Source of the DNA: Candidatus Omnitrophota bacterium
Lineage (GTDB): Bacteria > Omnitrophota > Gorgyraeia > Duberdicusellales > 4484-171
Assembly (NCBI GenBank): GCA_003154195.1
Contig: PMCS01000029.1
Span: 132,547-196,546, forward strand
Length of the DNA: 64,000 bases
Direction of reading: 5' to 3'
Shown here: positions 1-9,909 of the stretch, piece after piece
How positions within the stretch are numbered: the first letter of the stretch is position 1
Layout: the number at the start of each line of letters is the position of its first letter
The notes under the pieces: model-generated
Told to the model about the DNA's origin: nothing
Seen by the model: only the letters and a program-made list of their open reading frames with translations
Database searches by the model: none
Made by a program: the position numbers and the translations under genes

Positions 1-475
1 TAAAAAATCTTCTTCGTCTTCGCGCCCGGGCGTACGTAAATGGGTATGCAAATCGATAAACCCGGGAAAAACATGTTTTCCTTTGGCGTCAATTACTTCG
101 TCAACCGGCTCCGGCGGCGTAATATCCTTGGCAACCTTAACAATCCGGGTATTCGCGGTTAAAATATCCGCTTCGAAGATATTATCGGCATTTACGATTG
201 TGGCATTCTTTATTAATATTTTCATAATAAATTATATCGCAGATAATCGCTGATTAGAAGAAGCTGATGATCACAGATAATCTAAAATCCCAAGCGCTAA
301 ATTTTAATGGCCTGAACAAAAACCGTCTTGGTCATTCGGTAATTGAAATTTAGGATTTTCCCGCCCCTTATAATTATGATTTAGCGGGATCCCGCAAAAG
401 GCGGGAATTTGGAATTTGGTATTTAATCATTTATCCGCGATCATCTGCATCTTTTCATCTGTGATCATCTGCATT

Positions 476-1420
476 TTATTCCACTTCCACCAATTCTCTC
501 TTCTGCGTCCCGACTAAATATAAAACGGCCATACGCACAGCAAGCCCGTTTTCCGCCTGTTTCAAAATAAGCGGGTGGACTTGTTCTTTTAAAGAAGAGC
601 TTATCTCGATATCCCAATTGATCGGGCCAGGATGCATAATAATCACGTCTTTTTTTGCCCGGCGCAAACGCTCCGGCGTCAGGGCAAACCGATCCAGATA
701 CTCGCGCATCGTGGGGAAAAAACAGGAAGTCTGGCGTTCTTTTTGGATGCGCAACATGATGACCACGTCGGCGTCTTCGATCGCCTTATCAAAATCGTAG
801 GATATTTTTACGCCTAAATTTTGGAACTCGTAAGGGATAAGGGTCGATGGACCGCAAACTGTAACCTTGCCGCCGAAACGTTGAAACCCGAAAATATTCG
901 AGCGCGCCACGCGGGAATGCATAATATCGCCGACAATCAAAACGTTGAGATTTTCGACGTTTCCCCTTACTTCCTTAACCGTAAACATATCCAACAACGC
1001 CTGGGTGGGATGCTCGTTTCTTCCATCTCCGGCGTTGACGATACTGGCCTGGGTGTATTTGGTAAGCGTATGCAGGGATGTGCTCGATTCGATACGGATA
1101 ATCATAATATCGGGGTGATACGTCTCTAAATTTTTTATCGTGTCGATAATGGATTCTTCTTTGGCCAGGCTCGATGTAGAAACGGAAAAGTTGACCACGT
1201 CGCCGCTTAAACGCTTGGCCGCCAGTTCAAAGGAAGTACGCGTGCGGGTGGAGTTTTCAAAAAATAGATTAAGCACGGTTTTGCCCCGTAACGCCGGGAC
1301 TTTCTTGACTTCGCGCTGGGAAATCTCTTTAAACGACGCAGCCAGATTAAAAACAGTTTCGATCTCGTCGCGCGATAAGTCCTTGATCCCTAAAATGTGT
1401 TTTTTCGTCCACTGTTCCAT
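476..1420 (-). CDS. pyrB: aspartate carbamoyltransferase catalytic subunit
   Basis: 314 aa; STRTR and HPTQ carbamoyl-phosphate/aspartate binding motifs; adjacent to pyrR. Confidence 0.9.
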   Translation of the reverse strand: MEQWTKKHILGIKDLSRDEIETVFNLAASFKEISQREVKKVPALRGKTVLNLFFENSTRTRTSFELAAKRLSGDVVNFSVSTSSLAKEESIIDTIKNLETYHPDIMIIRIESSTSLHTLTKYTQASIVNAGDGRNEHPTQALLDMFTVKEVRGNVENLNVLIVGDIMHSRVARSNIFGFQRFGGKVTVCGPSTLIPYEFQNLGVKISYDFDKAIEDADVVIMLRIQKERQTSCFFPTMREYLDRFALTPERLRRAKKDVIIMHPGPINWDIEISSSLKEQVHPLILKQAENGLAVRMAVLYLVGTQKRELVEVE

Positions 1421-1533
1421 ATAATTTATTAAACGCAGATGATCACAGATTAGAAGAAGCTGATGACCGCAGATAAAACAATTAAACTATATTATTATTT
1501 TAATGATTATCCGCGATCATCTGCATCATTTAA

Positions 1534-2082
1534 TCAGCGATTATCAGTGTTTCTCAAAACAACCACTTCATCCTTCCCATCCACTTCCTGCAAATGAACC
1601 TCCACGCGTTCGCCCGCATTGGTAGGGATGTTTTTCCCGACAAAATCCGCTCTTATCGGCAGCTCACGATGGCCCCGGTCAACTAAAACCAAAAGCTCGA
1701 TTCGTTTCGGCCGGCCGAAATCCAAAATCGCGTCTAAAGAAGCTCTCACGGTGCGACCGGTAAAAAGCACGTCGTCTACCAGAATCGCCACTTTCCCGCT
1801 TAAATCAAAATCTATTTTAGTTTCTTTTACTACCGGCTTAGGCCCGATGGCCGTAAGGTCGTCGCGGTATAAAGTTATATCTAAAATCCCTAAATCAATA
1901 TCGTAATTTTCCAACTCTTTTATGATATTTTTAATACGTTTAGCCAGATGCACGCCGCGGGTCTGGATCCCGATTAAAACGATATTCTTCGGGTCGAGGT
2001 CTTTTTCCAAAATCTCGTGGGTAAGCCGGTAGAGCGTGCGTTTGATATCTTCGCCGGTAAGGATTTCTTTTTGATTATTCAT
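1534..2082 (-). CDS. pyrR: bifunctional pyr operon regulator / uracil phosphoribosyltransferase PyrR
   Basis: 182 aa; PRTase signature VAILVDDVLFTGRT; typical PyrR length; upstream of pyrB. Confidence 0.85.
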   Translation of the reverse strand: MNNQKEILTGEDIKRTLYRLTHEILEKDLDPKNIVLIGIQTRGVHLAKRIKNIIKELENYDIDLGILDITLYRDDLTAIGPKPVVKETKIDFDLSGKVAILVDDVLFTGRTVRASLDAILDFGRPKRIELLVLVDRGHRELPIRADFVGKNIPTNAGERVEVHLQEVDGKDEVVVLRNTDNR

Positions 2083-2484
2083 ATAATGAGACTTAGCCGA
2101 ACTAGCATGTACTCATGCTTAGTGAGGCTGTAGTCGAATTACCCAGCACTAATTTTGCCGTAGCAAAATTAGTGCTGGGTTTGAAACTTCGTAAAAAATA
2201 TCGGCACCCGCTTCGCGGATGAAAAACAACAAAAATAACCGAGTATTAAAAAATTTATTCGAGACGCAAAAAAATAACCCCGTCCTGAAAATTTCCAGAA
2301 CGGGGCTGTTTTATCGGGTTGATAAACCGCATTGTATGCATTTAAATTATCCTTGCCGGCCTCGCAGGACCAGCTTAAAGGTTAGTTAGTTTTCCCGACA
2401 AAATACCGCAAGAAAACTAACTAAATATACACTACCAAAGGCTGTATGTCAAGACAAATGAAAAAAAAAATGTTTTTGGTGTAA

Positions 2485-3135
2485 CTATTTATCTAGAAGT
2501 TTTCCCAAGGTCGCAACGGCGACATCGCGGCCGAGCAAATAATGCCATTGGTGAGTGCAACCATCCCAGAGTACCCGAAACCCGCATTTAATAAAAAAAT
2601 CGCGGCCCTGGTCGGAAAAAGTGCTTAAATGGACGCCGTGGATATCGTTGGCTTTTAAATAATCGAAAAATGCCTGCATCAATTTCTCGCCCACGCCGAT
2701 CCGGCGGAAATCTTCCTCGACGTTAATATGCAGGTGCGCGGGATAAAGGGGGGGGATTTTGTAACTATGTTTTTCGGTCAAAAAACTCCGGACGGCATTA
2801 AAAACAAACTTGAGGTTTTTCTTTTTAAAAATATACCCTTTAAAAATAAATTTCGCCAATACCTTGGGGAAAATGGAAGATAAAAATATTTTATTTTTCC
2901 GGTTGGTATCTTTACTGCCGGTCAAATACCCTATTATTTTCCCGCCGCACGCGCAGGCGACAAAAATGGATTGCGGTTCGTAATCGGTATAATATGAGGT
3001 AAAAACGTCCTGTAGTATTTCTCTTCCCTCGAAAAATACCTCAAGTGGTTCGCCCCGGAACGCGGTTTCGGCAAAAATCCGGCGGATTTCCCCCCTGTCC
3101 CAACGCTGATATTTTCTGATTGTGATCTCTTCCAT
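2485..3135 (-). CDS. GNAT family N-acetyltransferase
   Basis: 216 aa; acetyl-CoA binding motif RRIGVGEKLM; followed by hairpin terminators at ~2300-2450. Confidence 0.65.
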   Translation of the reverse strand: MEEITIRKYQRWDRGEIRRIFAETAFRGEPLEVFFEGREILQDVFTSYYTDYEPQSIFVACACGGKIIGYLTGSKDTNRKNKIFLSSIFPKVLAKFIFKGYIFKKKNLKFVFNAVRSFLTEKHSYKIPPLYPAHLHINVEEDFRRIGVGEKLMQAFFDYLKANDIHGVHLSTFSDQGRDFFIKCGFRVLWDGCTHQWHYLLGRDVAVATLGKLLDK

Positions 3136-3301
3136 GGAGAAATTATTTTACTCTTTAACCGGGATTTTGCAATAGAAACAGGGTTATGGCGGGAAAATAA
3201 TATATTATAAAAGGTAAGCGGCTTATGCCGCTTACCTTTGTATATAATAAGGCGCGCCCTCAGCATCTACGTGCCGAGGGCGAAGCCGGAAAAAAACTTT
3301 T

Positions 3302-3769
3302 CTATTCAGTTATATTACCTCGCTTGTTTTCCTGCCGGTGTGTCTTATTTTCCGAATGTTGCTGCTTATGGTGCGCTACCCGTTCGCTCTTTTGTTGCCG
3401 GTGGAATTGGGCATTTTTTTGATGCTGGGTTTTCCGGTGTTGGACATTTTCCTGGTGCTGGGTTTTACGATGCTGGGCAATCGCGGCTCTTTTTTGTCCG
3501 GCCGTCGTATTCGAATTGGCCAGCCCTTGCCTGAATTCCTGATTTTCGTTTTTCTGGGTTCCGCGGAAGTCTTTGTTTTCTTCATGTTGAGCGGCATAGT
3601 GATTGTTTCTCTCCGTTCCTTGCTCCTGGCGAAAATCCTTGTTCTCCTGGCCCTGCGTCTTCCGGTAGCCAGAATTATCGGCCTGGCTGCTGTCCTGGGC
3701 GTAGGCCGGTATGATTATCCCCCAACCTATAAATAGTGCTATTATTAGAAATTTAGTCCAGATGCGCAT
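3302..3769 (-). CDS. secreted low-complexity Q/H/K/N-rich repeat protein (hypothetical)
   Basis: Signal peptide MRIWTKFLIIALFIGWGIIIPAYA; repeated ENKDFRQ / HRKTQHQEN units; RBS GGAGGT 7 nt upstream of ATG; overlapping plus-strand ORFs judged spurious. Confidence 0.5.
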   Translation of the reverse strand: MRIWTKFLIIALFIGWGIIIPAYAQDSSQADNSGYRKTQGQENKDFRQEQGTERNNHYAAQHEENKDFRGTQKNENQEFRQGLANSNTTAGQKRAAIAQHRKTQHQENVQHRKTQHQKNAQFHRQQKSERVAHHKQQHSENKTHRQENKRGNITE

Positions 3770-3775
3770 AACTTA

Positions 3776-3965
3776 CCTCCTTATTTAAGACTCGGTTAGG
3801 ATAAGGGTAACGATGCCGGTATGAGCTATGGTTAAGGTAATGGTTTTATTTTTTAGCCTTAACCCTTACCTTAACCTAAACCGGCCTTCCGCCTTCGCCA
3901 AAGGCTTCGGCGAGACTTCTCCGAAGCTCAAAGAGCGAAGGAGAGCCTAACCCTAGCCTTAACCA
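3776..3965. repeat. GGTTAAGG/CCTTAACC-type ~190-bp intergenic repeat (family 1), copy 1
   Basis: Near-identical in reverse complement to 28868-29062; related copies at 19062-19182, 61603-61731, 62747-62880. Confidence 0.8.
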
Positions 3966-3971
3966 TATTTT

Positions 3972-4547
3972 TTACAGCCCTTCCTCATCCATCGGCCCAC
4001 GGCCTTCTCCGGAGCCGTTACTTTTTTGACGGTTCACCCCGCCATGCCCTTCTTTTCCTTGAAAACCACCAGAACGGCCCTGTTTATCCTGCTTACGGTT
4101 TTGCAGGTGCTCTTTCATCCTCGCCTGCATTTTAGCAAATTGTTCCGGCGTCAAAATCTCTTTTAAGGTTAAAATATGGTCTACTCTGGCATCAATAAGC
4201 TGTCCCTGAAGCGCCTTTAACTGAGCGACAACGGGTTCGATGGCCGCGCGCGTCGCGGAAGGATTTTGCAGCGCCGCTTTTAATTCCTGCCGTTTTTGCT
4301 TCACCGCTTCGCGAAGTTTTTGCATTTTCTCGCGGCGGCCCTGGCGGCCTTCCTGAAGTTTCTGGCGCTGCGCGTCCGTCAAATTAAGCTCGCTCGCCAG
4401 ACGGCCGGCCGGCCCCTTATCTTCGCCCTTTGCTTCTTCTTTGATTTGTCCTTTACCCGGCGCGGGGTTTCCCGCCCAAGCCAAGGCAGTAACCGTTAAC
4501 GCCATAAACACCAGAGCTGCTTTGATTATCTTGGTTTTATTATTCAT
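3972..4547 (-). CDS. periplasmic Spy/CpxP-family (LTxxQ motif) protein
   Basis: Signal peptide after internal Met (MNNKTKIIKAALVFMALTVTALA) with GGAGG RBS; LTDAQRQKL and LTPEQFAKM motifs; ORF-track N-terminal extension likely not translated. Confidence 0.6.
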   Translation of the reverse strand: MNNKTKIIKAALVFMALTVTALAWAGNPAPGKGQIKEEAKGEDKGPAGRLASELNLTDAQRQKLQEGRQGRREKMQKLREAVKQKRQELKAALQNPSATRAAIEPVVAQLKALQGQLIDARVDHILTLKEILTPEQFAKMQARMKEHLQNRKQDKQGRSGGFQGKEGHGGVNRQKSNGSGEGRGPMDEEGL

Positions 4548-4665
4548 CTTCGCCACCCTCCTCGCCTTCTTAGACAACCCCGAAACCTGTAAAAGTTTCC
4601 TGGATTTTTCTTGGAACCGGAAAAATACTCTGCGCCGGCGCGGCCGGCATGCAGGCATTTTCCGG

Positions 4666-5040
4666 CTAACTTTTAATAAGTTGGTTGATTCCGTTAAATA
4701 AATCCTCCGGTTTAAAAGGTTTGGTCAAATAAATATTCGCTCCGATTACCCTGCCGACGACCCTATCAACATCATCCGTTTTGCCGGTGAGCATGATAAC
4801 GGGGATCTTTGCCGTCGTTTCGTTTTTGCGTATTTGCCGGCAGATCTCTTCGCCGGGCAAGGCGGGCAATTTTAAATCAAGGATCACTAAATCCGGCGGA
4901 TTATGGAAAATCTTATCCAACCCGCTTTTGCCGTCACGCGCGATATCCGTATCAAAGCCCCAGCTCTTTAAACGCGAATCGAGGAGCTTACAAATATTCT
5001 CGTCATCATCAATGATAAGGATTCTTTTTTTATTTTCCAT
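4666..5040 (-). CDS. single-domain response regulator (CheY-like receiver)
   Basis: 124 aa; IIDDD...ILDLKLP...LTGK...KPF receiver signature. Confidence 0.75.
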   Translation of the reverse strand: MENKKRILIIDDDENICKLLDSRLKSWGFDTDIARDGKSGLDKIFHNPPDLVILDLKLPALPGEEICRQIRKNETTAKIPVIMLTGKTDDVDRVVGRVIGANIYLTKPFKPEDLFNGINQLIKS

Positions 5041-5080
5041 GGCCGCACTATGTAAAAAATATTCGCTCTAACCAAAAAAT

Positions 5081-5566
5081 TTATAAAAAATTATCCGCCG
5101 CCTCATTTTCCACAGTATCGGTCTCACCAAGACGGTCACTATCCAACGACGCGAGAAACTGCGCCGCTTCATAAATCGACTCGCCCACCTCATAATTCTG
5201 GCGGGTAATCCTTCTCTGGGAAAATACCGTCAAGCTGATCATCAAAGCAAAGGTAACGCCCGCGGCCACAAGCTTGGGTACCGTAAAAAAGCTTATTAGC
5301 CCTGAACAAAAATAATCAAATCTATCTTTCAGGCTGATTTTGCCCAGAGTTATTTCCTCTTTTATGTTATGCCATACCGCTTCCGGCGGCTCGAGTTCAG
5401 GCGCGTTCCGGAAAGGAAAACGCGCGGCCTGCTCCAGGTTCGCGAGAAAATCGCGGCAGGCATTACACCGGGATATATGTTCATCGATATTCTTGCGCCG
5501 GTCCGGGGAACACCGGCGGTCAAAATAATCACCCAGTAACCATTCTTGTATTTTTCTACACTCCAT
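5081..5566 (-). CDS. putative anti-sigma factor (zf-HC2-like Cys/His motif, C-terminal TM)
   Basis: CRKIQEW...HISRCNACRDF motif; start chosen at MECRK with GGAGG RBS 9 nt upstream; downstream of ECF sigma. Confidence 0.5.
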   Translation of the reverse strand: MECRKIQEWLLGDYFDRRCSPDRRKNIDEHISRCNACRDFLANLEQAARFPFRNAPELEPPEAVWHNIKEEITLGKISLKDRFDYFCSGLISFFTVPKLVAAGVTFALMISLTVFSQRRITRQNYEVGESIYEAAQFLASLDSDRLGETDTVENEAADNFL

Positions 5567-5636
5567 CGGGCACCGCCTCCCTAGCCGGAAAAATGCGTTT
5601 CCGCATTTTTTCCTATTTAGCCCAGAAAATTCTTGC

Positions 5637-6197
5637 TTACCGACAGGCATTTTCTGGGCTAACAGCATATGCCATCAATGCCTGACGCGCCCGTTTAAGG
5701 CGGGAACGTACGGTATTGATCGGTATCGATAACGCTTTGGCGATTTCTTCATAACTCAACCCTTCGATTTCCCGCAACATAATCACCGTCCGCTGGTCGG
5801 GATTAAGCCTATCTAGAAGAGGCTTGAGCTTCTCCTGACGATCATGTAATTCTAACTGGGCGGTTTGTGGTTCAACCGAGACTTCCCGAGGTGATACATC
5901 ATCGATATTTACCTGGCGCTTGCGTTCTTTCGCCGTCCGCCGATAATGGTTGATCGCCGTGTTAACCGCGATGCGGTAAACCCAGGTTTTAAAAGAAGCG
6001 CGAAAAGCGAAACTCTTTAAATTACGGTAAATCTTAACGAATACTTCCTGCGTTACGTCCTGGGCGTCATGGCGGTTGTTAGTGACCCGCATTGCCAGGG
6101 TATACACAAACGAGCTGGCTGTCCGGTAAATTTCTTCAAACGCTTCGATGCCGCCGCCTGCCGCTTTTATCAATACATCCCGGCTAATTGTATCCAT
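5637..6197 (-). CDS. ECF (sigma-70 family, sigma-24 type) RNA polymerase sigma factor
   Basis: 186 aa; region 2 (VFVKIYRNL...WVYRIAVN) and region 4 (LSYEEIAKALSIPINTVRSRL) signatures. Confidence 0.85.
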   Translation of the reverse strand: MDTISRDVLIKAAGGGIEAFEEIYRTASSFVYTLAMRVTNNRHDAQDVTQEVFVKIYRNLKSFAFRASFKTWVYRIAVNTAINHYRRTAKERKRQVNIDDVSPREVSVEPQTAQLELHDRQEKLKPLLDRLNPDQRTVIMLREIEGLSYEEIAKALSIPINTVRSRLKRARQALMAYAVSPENACR

Positions 6198-6354
6198 ATC
6201 CTTTTACCGTTCAATATCTTAGACAATATGGTTATTAAAAAAGTTCCTTCCGGCGGCGCGGGATTCCCCTCTTCCACAGCTAAACAGCTCTTTCCTGAAA
6301 AAATGCGCCATGTCTGCTTATCGGCCCGCTTCGCCCGCGAAGCGAGGCGAGCAG

Positions 6355-6633
6355 TCAGGCCTTTTCCCTGTTAAGATTACCCAATTGCTTTTCTACAACC
6401 CATTTCTCCGGTTTTACTTTCGCCAGAAACCAGGGAGCGCCGTTGGCGAGCCAGCGTTTGCGGAAAACGGCGAACGCCTCGCGGCCGTCAGCCACGTCAA
6501 AGCCGAATTCAAAACCGCAGCAGGGACAAATCTCATAGGAAGGTATATTACTTTCGCCATAAGGCGGCTCTTTTAACCCGTCAAAGCCGCACACCGGACA
6601 GATATATTTTTTTTCCCTCATTGTTTCGACCAA
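6355..6633 (-). CDS. zinc-ribbon protein (hypothetical)
   Basis: CPVCG...CPCCG paired CxxC motifs; overlaps upstream lipoprotein gene by 16 nt (operon). Confidence 0.4.
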   Translation of the reverse strand: MVETMREKKYICPVCGFDGLKEPPYGESNIPSYEICPCCGFEFGFDVADGREAFAVFRKRWLANGAPWFLAKVKPEKWVVEKQLGNLNREKA

Positions 6634-7028
6634 TACCGGTAATCGGTTTTAAAATAGGTTCGAATCCGGCCGCCGGCGGTCATCACCGCGAACTCGCCGC
6701 TGCTGACCCGGTAGCGTAAGATGTCGCCGTTAGATCTGGACTTGCCCAACACATCGTTATCCGGCGGCGTGTTCAACAAGGCGCGGGCGTTATCTAAATA
6801 TTGCTCCTGGGTAATCCCGCCGAATTGATCGCCGTGTTTTAAATAATGCGCCTCCAATTCGCCGGGCGCAAAATCCCCTGCCGGAACACCGGCCACATAA
6901 GTAGTATCGGTTTGTGGGATAGAAGACACCGGGGCATTGGACGGGGAACAAGCCGCCGTAAAAAAAGATATAAAAACAAGAAAAAGATACCCGGCGGCAA
7001 TTTTACGCGCGCGATTTTTTGTCGGCAT
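6618..7028 (-). CDS. lipoprotein, hypothetical (weak barnase-like C-terminal resemblance)
   Basis: Lipobox LVFISFFTAAC after internal Met; C-terminal RIRTYFKTDYRYW segment vaguely like microbial RNase; unassigned. Confidence 0.35.
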   Translation of the reverse strand: MPTKNRARKIAAGYLFLVFISFFTAACSPSNAPVSSIPQTDTTYVAGVPAGDFAPGELEAHYLKHGDQFGGITQEQYLDNARALLNTPPDNDVLGKSRSNGDILRYRVSSGEFAVMTAGGRIRTYFKTDYRYWSKQ

Positions 7029-8841
7029 ATTCAACCTCATTGATATAATCCCCCACCACATTTAAAAAAATACCGCCATACTGATTGAGCTTAACTTCGC
7101 CTACGCCAAATACGCCTTTAAATTGTTCCGCCGTGGTTGGTTTTTTCAAAGCAATATCTTTTAAGGTTTTGTCGCTAAAGATAATATACGCGGGAACATT
7201 TTTTTCCTGGGATAGCTCGGAGCGTTTTTGACGCAACACTTCGAAAAGCTGTTCATCCACGCCTTCCCAGTCTTTAGCGCGTTTAATTTTAACTTTCTTT
7301 TCAACTTCTTTTTTTGCCTGGCCCAAAACCGGCTTAGCCAGAGTAGGCACGGCCTCTCCTCCCAGAGCTTTCAAACCGGAGTCGGAAATACCAAGGGTTA
7401 CGAACTCGCCCTCTCTTATCAAATAACCCTGGCCTACGAGTTGTTCAATAATATTCCTTATAAAAACTTTTGTTTCATTGTTCATTTTCGCGAATGTCGC
7501 CAATGTATCGTGGCCCCAGTTTTTTACTTTATCGGTATTGTTCCCTTTCAAAATATCCGCGATATGATCCGCGCCAAATTTTTCTTCTACCCCGGCGACA
7601 CAGGAAATAATCGTTTGGGCGATAAGCAACGGATTATCGATAACTTCAACCTCGCCGAGGCAAAAATCACACGCCGCGCAATTATTTTCCTTATAGCTCT
7701 GGCCGAAATAACTTACAAGATATTTATGCCGGCACTGCGGATGCGAACAAAAATCATATAAGGTTTTAAGCTTTAGAAGCGCGTTGTTTTTCTGGGAAGA
7801 ATCTTTCAATATATATTCCCAGGTCTTATAATCATTCCAGGAATAAAACATATAGCATTCACTCGGCAAGCCATCGCGCCCGGCGCGGCCTGTTTCCTGC
7901 TGGTAATGTTCGATTGATTTAGGCATCGCGGCATGAATTACATAGCGTATATTTGACCGGTCGATACCCATACCAAAAGCTATCGTAGCAACGATGAGGG
8001 AAATTTTTTCGCGGGAAAATTCATCCTGATTTCTTTTACGGTCTTCATCGGACATGCCGGCGTGATAAGGGACATTTTTATAGCCCAAACTATTTAATTT
8101 TTCGGAAAACGCGTCCACGTCTTTGCGGCGTAAACAATAAATTATTCCCGGTTCATTCTTATATTTTTTGATAACATTTACGATATTTCCCGTAATATTT
8201 CCCGAACGCGCGATGATTCTATATACAAGGTTGGACCGGTCAATCGGGCCAAAATACAGATGCGGAGAATCTAATTTCAGCTGCTCTACAATGTCTTTCC
8301 GGACATCCTCGGTGGCAGTAGCGGTAAAGGCGTGAATATTACATTGATTAAATTCATCCTTAAGGCAGCCGAGCCTTCTATATTCTGACCGGAAATCATG
8401 CCCCCAGTGGCTGATGCAATGCGCTTCATCAATGACAAAAAAAGAAATTTTCACGCCGCGTAATAACTCTAAAATATCCGGCGTCATAAGCCTCTCCGGC
8501 GATATATACAACAATTTTAAACCGCGTGATTGGATTTTTTCAATGATTGCCTTTTGCGCGGAAACGGTAAAGCTTGAGTTTAAACACTCGGCATTAATGC
8601 CTATTTCCTTTAAATAATCAACCTGGTCCTTCATCAGCGAGATCAAAGGCGAAATAACCACCACCATCCCTTCGCACAACAACGCCGGAACCTGAAAACA
8701 AATTGATTTTCCCCCGCCTGTCGGCAAAATAGTAAGGGTATCTTTACAGTCAAGAATAGACAAAATCGCCTCTTCCTGAAACGGCCTAAAACTGTCATAC
8801 CCCCAATATTTGGATAGGGTTTTTAAAATTACGTTTTTCAT
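7003..8841 (-). CDS. recQ: ATP-dependent DNA helicase RecQ
   Basis: RPFQEEAI, LPTGGGKS (Walker A), DEAH box, RecQ-Ct Zn-binding cysteines and C-terminal HRDC-like region; start set at MKNVILK. Confidence 0.9.
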   Translation of the reverse strand: MKNVILKTLSKYWGYDSFRPFQEEAILSILDCKDTLTILPTGGGKSICFQVPALLCEGMVVVISPLISLMKDQVDYLKEIGINAECLNSSFTVSAQKAIIEKIQSRGLKLLYISPERLMTPDILELLRGVKISFFVIDEAHCISHWGHDFRSEYRRLGCLKDEFNQCNIHAFTATATEDVRKDIVEQLKLDSPHLYFGPIDRSNLVYRIIARSGNITGNIVNVIKKYKNEPGIIYCLRRKDVDAFSEKLNSLGYKNVPYHAGMSDEDRKRNQDEFSREKISLIVATIAFGMGIDRSNIRYVIHAAMPKSIEHYQQETGRAGRDGLPSECYMFYSWNDYKTWEYILKDSSQKNNALLKLKTLYDFCSHPQCRHKYLVSYFGQSYKENNCAACDFCLGEVEVIDNPLLIAQTIISCVAGVEEKFGADHIADILKGNNTDKVKNWGHDTLATFAKMNNETKVFIRNIIEQLVGQGYLIREGEFVTLGISDSGLKALGGEAVPTLAKPVLGQAKKEVEKKVKIKRAKDWEGVDEQLFEVLRQKRSELSQEKNVPAYIIFSDKTLKDIALKKPTTAEQFKGVFGVGEVKLNQYGGIFLNVVGDYINEVEYADKKSRA

Positions 8842-8943
8842 GAGTAATCCATTATATCTGAAACTTACAAAAAAACATATTTTGTTTACAGCCACATAAT
8901 CAAACTATTTTCCCTGTAAACATTAAGCATGTTCACATCATCC

Positions 8944-9837
8944 TTAATATAAAGTTCCGCTTTTATTTATTGTTTTCTTTTTTGGTTTTCGTTCTTCTGC
9001 CGGCTGGACCGAAGGCAACACGTTATCTTCTAAAATCGTGATTTCTTCCGGCATGCTTACAATTATCTCCGGCTTATCCTTATAATCCCTGACCCGCCCC
9101 GATACTTCTATCGCTTTACCGGTATAAAAATTTGCCGGGTTGATATTTTTCTTACAAAAAAATTGCCGGGCATCGTCAAAAATTACTACGGTAAAGGATT
9201 TTTTACGCTTTTTCCCGAAATTAAGTAAAATCACCTTCCCTGAATCGTAAGTTTTTTCGACCCTTCCGCGAACAGTACGAATCTGGTTGATGTATTCTTT
9301 GGCGTCGGAAGCATCGATTGCTTCATAATTACCCCACAGATTTTTTCTATTCTCCCGGGCTCTTGTCTGCGCCGCGATAAACACATCGGCATGTTTTACA
9401 TTGGGAGCTTTAATAAATAACGTGGCAAACCCCTCTTCCAGCATTTTAGCGTTGACCATCTCGCCGCCGGGTAAATAGCAATAACCCAATAACCGGTTAT
9501 ACTTATCATTTTTCTGAACATCAAATTCCACCCTGATAATTTTACCTTCGACTAACCGGCGGTTGAATTCCGTGGCTTCTTTGCCGAATGGCTGAAACGC
9601 TTCCCGCCACGTTCCATCGGGATTCTTTAGGTGAGTTTCCGGAGTGTCAATGCCTAAATAGCGCAAATATTTTCCGTTAGCCAGAACTATGGTATCGCCG
9701 TCGACAACACGGACAACGTTGACTTGATAATAGTCGGAAAAGTTTGCGTAATTGCGGCAGGCGCAGAAGAAACCGATCGCGGTTAAAATTACTAACTGCT
9801 TTATCGGATGAGATAAACGAAAAAAATACTTAGGCAT
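8944..9837 (-). CDS. staphylococcal (micrococcal) nuclease-like thermonuclease with C-terminal OB-like domain, secreted/lipoprotein
   Basis: VVDGDTI...GIDTPE SNase motif; N-terminal hydrophobic/Cys lipobox-like segment. Confidence 0.7.
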   Translation of the reverse strand: MPKYFFRLSHPIKQLVILTAIGFFCACRNYANFSDYYQVNVVRVVDGDTIVLANGKYLRYLGIDTPETHLKNPDGTWREAFQPFGKEATEFNRRLVEGKIIRVEFDVQKNDKYNRLLGYCYLPGGEMVNAKMLEEGFATLFIKAPNVKHADVFIAAQTRARENRKNLWGNYEAIDASDAKEYINQIRTVRGRVEKTYDSGKVILLNFGKKRKKSFTVVIFDDARQFFCKKNINPANFYTGKAIEVSGRVRDYKDKPEIIVSMPEEITILEDNVLPSVQPAEERKPKKKTINKSGTLY

Positions 9838-9909
9838 TGTTTATAACCTTAATCATTCCGGAGAATTTTCGAGAGTTTTGCTATCCTAATATCCCAACGC
9901 AGTTGTTGT

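Noticed and set aside
618-1424. Plus-strand ORFs (60-102 aa) antisense to pyrB
   Set aside because: Lie entirely inside a well-conserved pyrB reading frame on the opposite strand. No RBS or domain signal.
3338-3736. 132-aa plus-strand ORF overlapping the secreted repeat-protein gene
   Set aside because: The minus-strand frame has a signal peptide and a consensus RBS. The plus-strand product is a hydrophobic low-complexity mirror translation.
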